DNA from: the human T2T-CHM13v2.0 reference genome, Homo sapiens
Assembly: GCF_009914755.1 (NCBI RefSeq)
Contig: NC_060933.1
DNA: 64,000 bases
Reading direction: 5' to 3' (one strand)
Part shown: in pieces, positions 1 through 13,776 of the stretch
How the letters are laid out: each line of letters opens with the position of its first letter
How positions within the stretch are numbered: the stretch's first letter is position 1
Notes under the pieces: generated by a model
Told to the model about the DNA's origin: nothing
Seen by the model: the letters and a program-made list of their open reading frames with translations, nothing else
Databases searched by the model: none
Made by a program: the position numbers and the translations under genes

Positions 1-271
1 GTTTCACTGACCTAAAGTCAAGATGGCAGAAGGGCTGTATTCTCAATGGAGACTCCAAAAGATAATCCATTCATGGCCTCTTCCATCCTGTGGGTCTTCC
101 TCTATTTTCAAAGCCAGCATCACAGCATCTTCAAACTTCTCTGTTTCTATTGTCCCATTGCCTTCTGCTCCCTCTGTCTCCTTTTTACAAGGACACTTGT
201 GATGGCATTTAGGGCTCACTCAGATAAGCCAGGATGATCTCCTCTCAAATTTCTTTTTTCTTTCTTCTTCT

Positions 272-312
<41 letters not shown>

Positions 313-701
313 AGACAGAGTCTTGCTCTGCCACCCAGGCTGGAGTGCAATGGTGCGATCTTGGCTTACTGCAACCTCTGCCTCCTGTGTTCAAGTGATT
401 CTCCCTGCCTCAGGCTCTCAAGTAGCTGGGATTACAGGTGCCACCACCACCACACCCAGCTAACTTTTGTATTTTTGGCAGATACGGGCTTTTCACCATG
501 TTGACCAGGCTGGTCTCGAACTCCTGACCTCAGGTGAATCCACCTGCCTCGGCCTTTCAAAGTGCTGGGATTACAGACATGAGCCACTGCGCCTGGCCTC
601 AAATATCTTAAATACATCTGCAAATGCCCTACTTCAAATAAAGTCAGGCTCCATGGATTAAGACTTGGACATGCCTTTCAGAGGCATTATTGGCCTACCA
701 C
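1..701. mobile_element. MLT1-type (MaLR) LTR fragment split by an Alu
   Basis: MLT1-like motifs AAGGACACTTGTGATGGCATTTAGGGCTCACTCAGATAAGCCAGGATGATCTCC and, after the Alu, ACATCTGCAAATGCCCT...CCTACCACA. Confidence 0.65.
256..598 (-). mobile_element. AluS element with long poly(A) tail
   Basis: Poly-T followed by the reverse-complement Alu dimer. TSD TCAAAT[T/A]TCTT at 245-255 and 599-609. Confidence 0.95.
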
Positions 702-3460
702 AGAGTGGGTATATAAATATCAAAACATTAAGAAAAGTAAACTCCAAATAGTGGGTATCTTTGAAGACAAATCAAGGAGTAGTAATCTATTTTGCAAAAA
801 AAAAAGTTATTCTGAGTGGTAGTTGTGGAGGTGTTTGTTTTGTGATAATTCCCTAATGTGTATATATTTTCTTAGGATTTGACATTACATATATGTGTTT
901 ATGCATAAATTATTCATAGACATACATGTAATTAAAATTTAAGAAATAAATTATAATGATGCAATCTTCTAATGTTTTTTAAATTTTTTTAAAAAATGTG
1001 ACCTTTTAGGAAATAATGCAGTCACATAGATAAATTTAATACTTCCAATTAAAAAAGCAGATATAGTATTCTTTTATCATAAAATTATTTTTTATCTATT
1101 CTGCTAGCTCTCTCTCTCACTATACATATAGTTATGTATCTTACATCTATATCCAAACTTTTTGGAGTATGAAATTTGAAACACATATAACTATTTTACA
1201 GCTATTATAATAATTGTATGTGCTTATTCCTTTTAAACTTGAAAAATATCAAAAAGTGCAAAGAAGAAACAAAAAAAAATCACCCAAATGAATACCACCA
1301 ACAGTTAACATTGGTTGTTTCTGAAAATTTGGGGTGATTTATTTTGTTTTCTTTGTACTCTTTGGCATGAAGTATTTTTATAAAATAAGCAAAGTCATTA
1401 TTATAAAAATCCCTGAATAAAACCTATGTAGAAATTGTAATAATGAAGATAACAAAGAGAGGAATCACTGCTTACATAGCCATTTATTTAGTGCTTCCCA
1501 TCTACTATGCATTATTCAGTGCGTATTACATTTTGTTTTTCATTATCACAATAATTTTGCAAGATATATACACATATATAAAACAGAATATTGTGTCTGT
1601 ATTTATTATAGATGATAAAACAGAGGTGTTTTGTGAGTTTAAGAGACAGCCAGCAAACAATATTGCTGCGTTATGGTACCCAAGAGTTCTGGCTTCAGTG
1701 TGAAAAAAAATATTCAATGTTTTCCACCGCCATTCAGGATGATTCTAATTCAATTATGACTGAATCAGATGGATGTATTGACAATTCAGAAGTGCAGATT
1801 GTTCAATGAAACCATGTATGTGTGCGTGCTTGTTTTCTCCTCAAATCTTGCTCCCCTTCCTCATTCTTTCAACCATCACCTAACACCTCCCTCAAAACAC
1901 ACAATACACACAAACACAACTAATGCCTTGAGAGCTGAGGCCATAGCTGACACATATTTCAACACCAGAGTGTAGCACAGAATCTAGAACTAAAAGTTTC
2001 CCCCAGAGTGTTTACTATAAATAAACTAGTGATGAGACTTTAGCTTAAATCCATGACCATCAACTCTGCTGCCACACTTCCAAGCAAGAGTTAGGTCCGT
2101 CATTGAAGCTATGTAGTTGTGATTTATGCAGAAACTTTGTAAAGAAAACCAGAGCTTGGGTAGTGGGTAGCAGTAATCTCTTCTCAAATTCCCCTATGAA
2201 GAGATAAACTCATTGCAGTCTATAGCTACCAAACACAGAGGTCACAAGACTTCTGTGACAAGAACTCCCACTGCTATGGTCTTCCACAAATAATGCTAAT
2301 GGAAACAGAGAGGAAAAACAATTATCAAACAATCAAATAAAGGTTTGACTGCATGCTCTTTTTCAAGATTTTACATCTGAGGATATCAGACAGGAAAGCA
2401 ATTCAGAGGTGCAAATTGCCTAATGTGCAAATCAATAACATGCTGGTCTAATGCTCGATTTTATGAGATTGCTGTTATATAAATGTAGGGAAAAGCAAAT
2501 AATCAGGAGCCAAAATTGTCTCTTATCAGAGAAAGTTCATAATTAGTTTGCATTTTCACAGAATTCCAAATAGTACTGGTTAATTAAGCCAATATGTATT
2601 CCAAGCAGGAACAGCTATGAATAGTCAGCCTGTGTGGGGAGAAGCACAAATCCAATGAACTCAAATGTAATAGGCCTAATTGTACCAAAGTAAGTAGCAG
2701 TCAATGACTGAGCATGCAGCCCTTTCCCTAGACAATCTCTAAAATAGTTTTTAACTGAATTTGGTGAACAGTATATAGAGAAAATCTAAGGAGAAAAACA
2801 CAGTGAAGGCAAGAATTCCCAAAATGCAAATCAGAAAACATTAAAATAATACTATGAAAGTTTGGTTTTCACAATTAGGGTATTTTTCAAGTTCAATTCA
2901 GTTTCTCATTGTTGTATTTTTCTTTTAATTTTTCAATTTCTAGACATATTTATGCAATTATTTGTAAATCTGTCTAAATTCTAGAAAAATTTTTGCCCAT
3001 TTGAATGTCATAGAAACAGAAATATAAAAACAATTTTAAGGTATAAATATTCTTGAGGATTTATAACAAAATATTGTTATCCCTTATTCAACTAAAAATA
3101 TTCCCTTATATCTGTGCCCCAATTAAAATAAAATTGAATAAAATGAATATTTTAAGATACTGGTTTTCAGCATTTTCTTACTTTTTTTGTAAATCGTACA
3201 AAACTAAGTAACCAGTTCTCCTATGCATAAAGAACTGCTCACCACTCTCCAAGGACAGCTGTTTAATTAGGATAAAGAAGGAAATAATACAGATACACCT
3301 TTCTATCCTCCAGAATAAAGCAAAGAGAAACAGATCAAATTGACAGAGAGTGGGAAGAGAGATGATTTGTTCTTGAAGACAGACATGAAAGGTCAAGATA
3401 CGAATTTTAGATAGACAATGTAAGATCTTGATAAGTGAAAAGATAATCAACTTTGTGATC

Positions 3461-3703
3461 GAGGTCAGGAGATCGCGACCATCCTGGCTAACACGGTGAA
3501 ACCCCGTCTCTACTGAAAAATAGAAAAAATTAGCCCGGCGTGGTGGCAGGCGCCTGTAGTCCCTGCTACTCAGGAGGCTGAGGCAGGAGAATGGCGTGAA
3601 GCTGGGAGGCAGAGCTTGCAGTGACGATCGTGCCACTGCATTCCAGCCTGGATGACAGAGCGAGACTCCCTCTCAAAAAAAAAAAAAAAAAAAAAGAAAA
3701 AGA
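3461..3703 (+). mobile_element. 5'-truncated AluY, 5' half of an Alu-L1 chimera
   Basis: AluY diagnostics GAGATCG.GACCATCCTGGCTAACACGG, GAATGGCGTGAA and GAGCTTGCAGTGA. The A-tail runs directly into L1 ORF2. Confidence 0.93.
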
Positions 3704-4837
3704 AAAACCTAGAAGAAAACCTAGGCAATATCATTCAGGACATAGGCATGGGCAAGGACTTCATGTCTAAAACACCAAAAGCAATGGCAACAAAAGACAA
3801 AATTGACAAATGGGATCTAATTAAACTAAAGAGCTTCCGTACAGCAAAAGAAACTACCATCAGAGTGAACAGGCAACCTACAAAATGGGAGAAAATGTTT
3901 GCAGCCTACTCATCTGACAAAGAGTTAATATCCAGAATCTACAATGAACTCCAACAAATTTACAAGAAAAAAACAACCCCATCAAAAAGTGGGCAAAGGA
4001 CATGAACAGACACTTCTCAAAAGAAGACATTTATGCAGCCAAAAAACACATGAAAAAATGCTCATCATCACTGGCCATCAGAGAAATGCAAATCAAAACC
4101 ACAATGAGATACCATCTCCCACCAGTTAGAATGGCAATCATTAAAAAGTCAGGAAACAACAGGTGCTGGAGAGGATGTGGAGAAATAGGGACACTTTTAC
4201 ACTGTTGGTGGGACTGTAAACTAGTTCAACCATTGTGGAAGTCAGTGTGGCGATTTCTCAGGGATCTAGAACTAGAAATACCATTTGACCCAGCCACCCC
4301 ATTACTGGGTATATACCCAAAGGACTATAAATCATGCTGCTATAAAGACACATGCACACGTATGTTTATTGCGGCACTATTCACAATAGCAAAGACTTGG
4401 AACCAACCCAAATGTCCAACAATGATAGACTGGATTAAGAAAATGTGGCACATATACACCATGGAATACTATGCAGCCATAAAAAATGATGAGTTCATGT
4501 CCTTCGTAGGGACATGGATGAAATTGGAAATCATCATTCTCAGTAAACTATCGCAAGAACAAAAAACCAAACACTGCATATTCTCACTCATAGGTGGGAA
4601 TTGAACAATGAGAACACATGGACACAGGAAGGGGAATATCACACTCTGGGGACTGTTGTGGGGTGGGGGGACGGGGAGGGATAGCATTGGGAGATATACC
4701 TAATGCTAGATGACGAGTTAGTGGGTGCAGCGCACCAGCGTGGCACATGTATACATATGTAACTAACCTGCACAATGTGCACATGTACCCTAAAACTTAA
4801 AGTATAATAATAAAAAAAAGAAAAAGAAAAAAAAAAA
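3704..4837 (+). mobile_element. 5'-truncated L1PA2-like LINE-1 (ORF2 C-terminus, 3'UTR, polyA)
   Basis: ORFs 3652-4005 and 4002-4604 encode the ORF2p C-terminus including [18 protein letters not shown]. The 3'UTR has GATGACGAGTTAG and CTTAAAGTAT, the non-HS states. TSD AACTTTGTGATC at 3449-3460 and 4838-4849. Confidence 0.95.
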
Positions 4838-5489
4838 AACTTTGTGATCTGTTATATACTTGCAATGTCAGAAAAAATAAGATATGTTTCAACTCTAAAT
4901 CATCGACTATAGTACTGTAGTTGATGCAAGGGATGTAGATTTTAGGAAGAACAAAGAGACCATGAGCCAGACTTGAGTGTCCTTCCTCCAGGTGTTTTTT
5001 TGTCATCTTAATCAAACTAAGGCTCCTGTATATTTGGGATTCATTGCTAGAAGTTTAATCTGTCCCGTTGTTGCCTTTCATCTGCTTCTTTGTTGCCTGA
5101 GTAGATTGATTTATTGATTTTAATTTTTAAGTTCAAGAAGGATATTTTAGTGCCAGGCAAAAGTACCTAATTTATAAGGTGCTGAAAATGTGTGAAGATG
5201 CCACCTTTCCACCGAGTTTCTAAAAAACTTAATTGGCCTACTAAAATAATAGGCTTGATTTTGAGGCCTGACTGCCAGGTTACAAAGTGCTGGCTGGCTC
5301 AGATCTGTCCCTTTCAAGCTTAGTGAACAGTCTTTGTTCAACTTCCAAACATTCCATATGGTTAGTGCTTGATGGAACACAATATTTTCACAAAGAAAGA
5401 GAAGTTCAATACATTTACTCATAACTGCTAACTGAATAGCCTATATAGAATCAAAATTTAGCCTATGTGTCTCTAATTTTTCTAATTAA

Positions 5490-5530
5490 TTATATATATA
5501 GATTATATATATATATGGAGAAGTTCTATG

Positions 5531-5579
<49 letters not shown>

Positions 5580-5580
5580 T
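5490..5580. repeat. (TA)n microsatellite with a flanking 19-bp direct repeat
   Basis: TATATA runs; TGGAGAAGTTCTATGTTCA at 5516-5534 and 5585-5603. Confidence 0.9.
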
Positions 5581-6638
5581 ATTTTGGAGAAGTTCTATGT
5601 TCACTAGCTACTCTACTCTGGGGAACTTATATAAAATGGGCTGCCAGAACACGCATGATTGATTTGGTTTTGTCGCTGATACCCACAACATCTTGATTTC
5701 TCTTGACTTTCTACTCAGCAAGCTAGTAAATAAATTCCTTAGTGGCAATATCATAGCACTTTTCTCTGATGAGCTCAAAGTATTTTCCAAGCATCTCCTC
5801 ATTAATCCTTACAATATTTCTATGAAGTTAAGTAGCAGAGATATATCTATTTTAAGGTAGAGATCAAATTGTTTTATGGATAGGTGAGTTGTCCAGAATT
5901 GTATAGATTATTACTGGGGAAGAAGGAAGAAAATTAGGTTTCCCATATCTCAGATAACCATATAATTTATTCTGCAAACCAGGAAACTTGTGAAACTGAT
6001 AGGGACACTATTAATAATGATGCCAGGAGAACACTGACAAACTGAGAATACAATCATGCCACCTGTATCCTACTGAATGGAATAGTAAGAACATCACAAT
6101 ACCTAGTTGAAAGTTGTAAGCCAGAAGATTTGTTTCATTATTTTGAGTTGCTGTAAAATAAAATTCTACTATGAATAGTTTGTTGCATTTACTTCCATTA
6201 TTTTTATATGTAATTTTTCAAACATACTTGGAATTATAATTTACATGTAATTGTGTATTCAGGATTTTTAATTTGACACTTCAAATTGTTTTGCTAATAT
6301 ACAAGAATGCTTTATAAACATTTACAAATTACCACATTATGTTAACATATATGGATTTACCATAATCAACATAACCATAGTTATTATTTAAAATTATTTA
6401 GATTTATGAATAGTGCTCCAATGAGATTTTTAGCATACATTTTTCATATAGCTTTAACAATCTCCTTAGGATATATATATATTTTTTATTGCCTCCAGTT
6501 ATATTTTTAATCTTTATTTACAATTTATTCTAATTTTTAGGCTTTAAGTTTACCTTTTGGGGGCATTTATTCTTTAATCTTGTTAGAACTTGTTTTGGTG
6601 ACTGGTAGATGGGAACAATCATGAATGGTGTCATTATT

Positions 6639-6946
6639 TGTCTTAGTCTGCTTGAACTGCCATCACAAAATACCACAGACTGAGTGGTTTAAACAGAAAT
6701 GTATTTTCTTACACATCTGGAGGCTGGAAAGTCCAAGATCAGGATCTGTGAATATTTGCTATCTGGTGAGCATTCTCTTGCAGACAGTCAAGTTCTCTTA
6801 CTCTGTCCTCACATTGCAGGGAAAGAGAGCAAGCTCTCTGGTGTCTATGTTATAAGGGAACTAATTCCATCATGAGAACCCTGCCCTCATGACATCATCT
6901 AAACATTGTTACTTCCCAAAGGCCCTGTACCCAAACACCATCACAT
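6639..6946. mobile_element. MLT1A/B-type MaLR LTR
   Basis: TGTCTTAGTCTG...ACAAAATACCACAGACTGAGTGGTTTAAACAGAAAT...GGAGGCTGGAAAGTCCAAGATC...CCCTCATGAC...CCCAAAGGCCC. Confidence 0.8.
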
Positions 6947-8105
6947 AAATTCTGAATTTTGGATTAAATTACATCTGTCTCATTATAATACTATTCTATT
7001 AATATTATTTAATTGGTAATATATGTTGAAGTTTCTGGAGATTATTGTTTTTCTATTAACATGATAAATTATAGTAAGCTATTTCCTAATAGTCATCTAT
7101 TCTTGCTTACTAACATGAACACTGATTATGAAGTATGATTTTAATGGGATTGCAACTTTTAAGTGTAAAGTACAGCTTTAGAATATTTGCAGTAATATTT
7201 ATTAGTGGAATAGGCCTGTATTTTATTGTGTGTAGTGTATATGAGAGAGACGAAGGGAAAGGGATGGGAAGAGAACACATGTGTTCAGCTTTGGTCAAGT
7301 TTAGTATAAATACAATACTTATTAGTATAAATACAATATTTATTCATAAATATATTTAGAAGTATTTTTATTTTCTGTACATGGAAACATTTAAAGCTAT
7401 GCATTTCTCCTCTCCCTCTCACTGTCTCTCTCACTCTGTTTGTGTGTGCACACACATGTGTGTGCATGCATCATTTAGCCCTGCTGACTGACACGCCTGG
7501 TTATTTATGATCAAAAGCCAGACATTGACCTAAGAGAAAAAGTCTTTAGATGGGATCTCCCTCCAGAGAAATTGTAGTTTTCTTCTCGCTTAGAGGTAGA
7601 TTCTCTTGGTCCAATCAGGCTGAAATGCCTTGAGGCTAGATTTCAGTTTTTGTGGCAGCTGCTGCATTTCTAGTTTGCCTTTTCAGCTAGGGATTAGCTT
7701 TTTAGGGGTCTCAATGCCTAGGGAGATTTCTAGGTCCTCTATTCCTTGTTGAACTCCAATTTTGTCTATCCTTTTGCTGAGAGGTCTGCTTAACTTCCTT
7801 TTAGTTGGGTAGCTCCATTTTATGCTAAGCTTCTTAGTTGCTCACCTTCTGCAACTAAAGAATCAGAAAATGCTGTGAAGGAAAAACGAAATGAAATTGT
7901 TTTGTTTCTACTGGCCCTTTATCAAGCCCTGGCCACCATGATAGTCATGAATTCCAATTTTTGTCTATGCAGGCCTATCAGATTTTGAAAATCTCTGAGC
8001 TACCATTTTCTTCTTAGCTATCTGCTCAGCAAATGTATCCAAATGAAAGGTTGTGGAGAATGTTGAAACCAATTCAATGTGTTTCACTTCTTTCTGGGAG
8101 CTTAC

Positions 8106-8257
8106 ACACTCAAGTTCTGGATGCTTTGATTGCTATCAGAAGCCCTTAAATAGCTACTTATTTTTAATTAATTTTATCCAGCTTTCATAATTGTTCTTGC
8201 CAGGTGGGATGGCCTGATACAAATTAACTTGTCATAGCTAGAATTAGAAGAGGAAAA
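8106..8257 (-). ncRNA. Exon-like segment resembling the AL627309.1/LINC00266-family subtelomeric lncRNAs
   Basis: Acceptor TTTAAAG and donor GTAAGC on the minus strand. Similarity to the chr1p-terminal duplicon is recalled from memory, not verified. Confidence 0.4.
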
Positions 8258-8342
8258 CTTTAAATAGCATTGAGTTATCAGTACTTCCATGTCTTGATAC
8301 ATTTCTTCTTGAAAATGTTCATGCCTGCTGATTTGTCTGTTT

Positions 8343-9184
<842 letters not shown>

Positions 9185-10427
9185 TGTCTGTTTGTTGAGA
9201 GGAGAATGTTCAGAATTTTATATCTTCAACATCTTTTTCTGCATTAATAAGATACTGAGATTTTATAACTCTTGTCATTTTGGTCACTTATATTTTCATA
9301 TGGAAAAAATCATATAATCTAGGGTTTCCAATATATTTGTGTAAAATTTAAAAAAGATCTTATCTAATTACTTGATCAATATCTGTGATTATATTTTCAT
9401 TGCCTTCCAATTTGAATATTTGTTCTCTATTCCTTCTTAATCTGGATTGAGGTTCTGATTAATTATTTTAATGTTGCAAATTGTTTTCACTTTTTCCATA
9501 AAATGAGTTACTGAGTTTATTTCTTCGCTGCATCATTCTATTTTCAAGTCATGAACTTCTGACTCAATTAAAAAAACTCACCATTTCTATGAAATTGTTG
9601 TGTTCATATTTTATTTTTTATTTACTGTATAATTCAGTATAGAATATATAATATTATAAAATATGTAATAATAGGATAAAAAATAAGATAAAAAAGTAAG
9701 GGGTGTGAGTTTGGAAAATTATACTTGCTGATATGGTGAAATAACTCTGACCAAATTAACCTTTCAGCAATAAAAACAAAATTGGAAAACTGGATAAAAT
9801 ATACATGGTAACATGTTAGGTCAGCTTTGTCTGTCTTCAAACAACTATAAATATTGTTCTACCCTTGTTACTTATTTATTCTTTTCCATTTTGTTTTGCT
9901 CGATTTTTTTCTTATACCCATTTATTTGAGTAAATTTTGAAAATATCTATTCATTTTTGCTGTTTCTAGTGTGGTATATATTTCTCAGATAAAAGGTATT
10001 TTCCCTTTTATCTTTCCCTAAATTCACACTACATATATTGCATTTATCTTATATCTGCTTTAAAACCTATTTATGTCTTTTTAGGTCACTTACATCAAAG
10101 GAGTTGTATTGGTGTGGGAAGGGGAATTTGATTTAATGAAACAATGCATTAAAAATTTGTATCCACTTTGTGATTCAATGATAGTCAATGTGGCATGTAA
10201 TTTTTTTCTGTCTTTTAATATTATATTGTCTTTGTTGCTTTTCACTAACATGAAATATATGTTACACAGGCACAGTGCTGGTATCTTCTCTATTATTATC
10301 TTCAAATGGGACTCATTATTGTCTGAGCTGTTTATTATAATGGTAAAGGAAAAGATCAGTAAAGTAAATTATGTCAATAGGCAATATCAATGTAGGTCTA
10401 TTTTCCATGAATATTTTCTCAGCAACT

Positions 10428-11197
10428 GTGTTGTTATGATGTATATTTGTTTTCACCCACAGTTCCTGGCTTATAACTCCCCTAGCACTTGTTACAGTCT
10501 TTTGTTATAATATTGGGTGTGTCAGGCCTCAGGAGCAGGCCTCTCACCTTCTCATGGCCTTTTTTCATTTTTATGTTCCTGCCTTTCTGGTTGTGGGTCT
10601 TAAGACCATCTCAGGAGAGAGTCCCACCCTATACCCTGGAGGGAGGGATGCTGATATCATGAAACTTCCATGAAAATCCAGGAGGACAGGGTTCAGTGAG
10701 CTTCTGGGCAGTTGAACACATGGATGTTCCTGGAGGGTGGCCCACCCAGGGATGACATGGAAGCTCTGCTCCCTTCCCCCATACATTGCTCTAAGTGTCT
10801 CTTCATCTATATCCTTTGCAATATCCTTTATAATACACCAGGAAATGTAAGTGTTTCCCTGAGTTCTGTGAGCCACTCCAACAAATTAATCAAACCCAAA
10901 GAGGGGGTCATGAGAACCCAACTTGAAGCCAGTAGGTCAGAAGTTCAGAGGCCTGGACTTGTGGCTGGTAGGGTTGAGGGTGGGCAGTCTTGGGGACTGA
11001 GCTGTGAGACCTGACACTATCTCCAGGTAGACAGTGTAGTGTCAGAACTGAATTAGAGGACACTCAGCTGGTGTCTGCTCCTTGGTGTATGTATGGAGGA
11101 AAAAACCCACACATTTGGTCACAGAAGTCTTCTGTGTTGCTGATTGATCTTTGTGGTGTGAGACTAGAGGAAAAACAGAGAGAGTTTTCTCTACACC
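10428..11197 (+). mobile_element. MER21-family solo LTR
   Basis: GTTCCTGGCTTATAACTCCC, GGATGTTCCTGGAGGGTGG, AAGTGTTTCCCTGAGTTCTGTGAGCCACTCC and ACACATTTGGTCACAGAAGTCTTCTGTGTT are characteristic of MER21. Confidence 0.85.
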
Positions 11198-11231
11198 GCA
11201 ACTATATAATCTGTGGGAATATCTCTTTTTA

Positions 11232-11275
11232 CACCTAGCCCTACATCTGTCTGCACCTAGCCCTACATCTGTCTG
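11232..11275. repeat. Perfect 22-bp tandem duplication
   Basis: CACCTAGCCCTACATCTGTCTG x2. Confidence 0.95.
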
Positions 11276-12544
11276 GCTACAGTCATTTATCTGGCCTTGG
11301 GAAATGTGACCATAGAATCAGATATACACATGAGATTAAATAATACATGTGTATGTCATTTAAATATCTAGAAAAGTTGTGACTTTACCAGGTATAAAGA
11401 ATATAAAAAGAACTCTGTCAAGAATCATACAGTAAATAGATTTTTGAATTTAATCTAGTTCCTAAACAATCAGAGTAGGGAGGTTAGATATTAAAATCAG
11501 GCTAAAGATATAGGCAACATGGATCTAGAAAACATGGATTGCATGGCCATTTCACTTAGAGTTCATGGGCTTGGAATCTCTATTAACATATTTTTTACAA
11601 CGTTAGAATTCGTTCCCATATTAATGAGGGAAATAAAAACAATTACCCTGAGTATCTGAAGCTCCAGATCTCATTTTCCAGTCAAAATCTCTGATAGGTA
11701 AACAACCTGAAAAAGTAGCCACAACTCACTGAGGTGATAACTCCATTTGCTTAAGATAATATAATTGTTTTTATGATTTTTTTTATCCCAGGAAAACATT
11801 GAAAAAAGAGTTTAGAGATGATGAAGTATATGAAAACTATAATATTTATACTTTAGAGAGGTGGTATTTATTTATAATTGTATTAGTATTTAAATATAGA
11901 TTAGCATTTACATTCCAATTTTAAATGTGTAACAGAGTATTTTAGATATTGGGTTTCTTTTTAGTTGAAATTATAAGCGGGTTTACCGAGTTGCCAGTAG
12001 TGGTTTAACATTGAAGATAATTTAAGATTCATGATTTTGTGAGTTTAATTTATTAGCTCTATAAGGGTTGTTTAAGTTCTCTGAAGGCTTTATTTGTTAG
12101 TCTGATAATTAAAATGTTCACAAAGATAATTGAACATATTAAATTTATAAATGTAGTTTAAAATCTTTAAGGGAGTTTAATTAACTAAGTTGTAAATGGA
12201 CCAAACATTAATCAAAGTCCCCCTTAAAAATAATTTTTAATATACTAGATTTATAAATAGAACAAGATTTTTAATTTAAACTCAAAAAATTTTTAAATTG
12301 GTTAACAATTTAACATAATATGCTGCACATTAATTCAGAATATGAAATCTTATAAGTAATCCTTTTTACATTCAAGAATCACATTGATAAACATCACAAA
12401 ATGCCCACTGGCAACCACTATGAAACTCTTTAAGCGATAGGTCCTGTATGAATTTTACTCCTCATGATTTGAAGATTATGCATAAATTCCTTCTTCTTGT
12501 TATTTTGTTTCCAATTTAGTCTTTACATAGACAAAACTCCTATA

Positions 12545-12738
12545 ACAGAAAAACTGAAAACAAAGAGGGTGCATTCCTTTGCTTGCTTTCTGAGGATGCC
12601 CTACTCTAAAAGACAGTAGCTTTCAATAAACTATGTCTTCTTCTCATTGTACTCGGTGACTTACCTTGAATTCTTTCCTATGTGAGGCCCAAGAACCCTC
12701 TCTTGAAGTGTAGATCAGGACTCCTTTTTCCAATAACA
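12545..12738 (+). mobile_element. ERV1 (MER41/MER4-group) LTR 3' fragment
   Basis: AATAAA ... TTGAATTCTTTCC ... CCAAGAACCCTCTCTTG ... GATCAGGAC.CCTTTTTCCAATAACA end motif. Confidence 0.65.
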
Positions 12739-13249
12739 GTAGTACTGTTATAATTAGGAAAATGTTACTCACAGCTGAAACATGGAGCATACATTATTGA
12801 ATTTCATTTCTACACAACATTTTTTCCCTTAAACTGACATTTTTTTAAAATTTTTGTTTTGTTCATTTTCTATGTATGTATCAAAGTACCAACTCCAAAT
12901 TCTATCCTAGTTTTCTAATGAGTCTCATAATGCATTCAGAAGCATTAGACATTTTATCAGATTTATCTTTTTGAATTTTTTTTTTCTAGATAGCTCTAAT
13001 TTACACAGGTTGCTGTGTACACATACTGTACATCTAACAACAAGGAGATTCCCTGTACTTTATACCCTACCCTTTCTTCGTTTACTTCCTCATTTTAGTG
13101 AAACTCTTCTCCAGTAAATTCCTGAGATAGGATGTATTGGATGTAGAGTTTTAGAATCTTGCCATGCTGTAAATGCTTATTATTGTTTCCTCCTTTCTGA
13201 CTTACAGTTTGGTTGGAGATACTATTCTGCATTAGAAATAATTTGTTTT

Positions 13250-13608
13250 ATGGCTGCATAGTATTCATGTCCTTTGTAGGGACATGGATGAAATTGGAAA
13301 TCATCATTCTCAGTAAACTATCGCAAGAACAAAAAACCAAACACCGCATATTCTCACTCATAGGTGGGAATTGAACAATGAGAACACATGGACACAGGAA
13401 GGGGAACATCACACTCTGGGGACTGTTGTGGGTTGGTGGGAGGGGGGAGGGATAACATTGGAGATATACCTAATGCTAGATGATGAGTTAGTGGGTGCAG
13501 CGTACCAGCATGGCACGTGTATACATATGTAACTAATCTACACATTGTGCACATGTACCCTAAAACTTAATGTATAATAATAATAAAATTAAAAAAATTC
13601 AAAAAAAA
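13250..13608 (+). mobile_element. Short L1PA2/3 3' end with a ~17-bp 5' inversion
   Basis: L1 ORF2 end, 3'UTR and polyA. TSD AGAAATAATTTGTTTT at 13234-13249 and 13609-13624. Inverted ATGGCTGCATAGTATTC at 13250-13266. Confidence 0.93.
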
Positions 13609-13725
13609 AGAAATAATTTGTTTTGCAATTTGTAAGGCTTTGCTTGTCTTCTAGTGACCACTTTTATTTCTCTTCTCTAGAAATTTGAAGTGTCTTCTTT
13701 TTTTTTTTCCTGGGGTGTGCTGATT

Positions 13726-13726
13726 T

Positions 13727-13763
<37 letters not shown>

Positions 13764-13776
13764 TGTGTGTGTGTGT
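13726..13776. repeat. (TG)n microsatellite
   Basis: GTGTGT run with two TC interruptions. Confidence 0.95.

Noticed and set aside
3178-3636. 152-aa minus ORF as a gene
   Set aside because: The N-terminal part is antisense Alu. Only the last 25 codons are kept, as an exon candidate.
7301-7344. 21-bp tandem duplication TTAGTATAAATACAATA[C/T]TTA
   Set aside because: An ordinary slippage duplication in AT-rich DNA with no further structure.
7480-8330. ANKRD20A/ANKRD30-type coiled-coil exon or processed pseudogene
   Set aside because: No sustained ORF or recognisable motif. Ancient L1M sequence explains it better.
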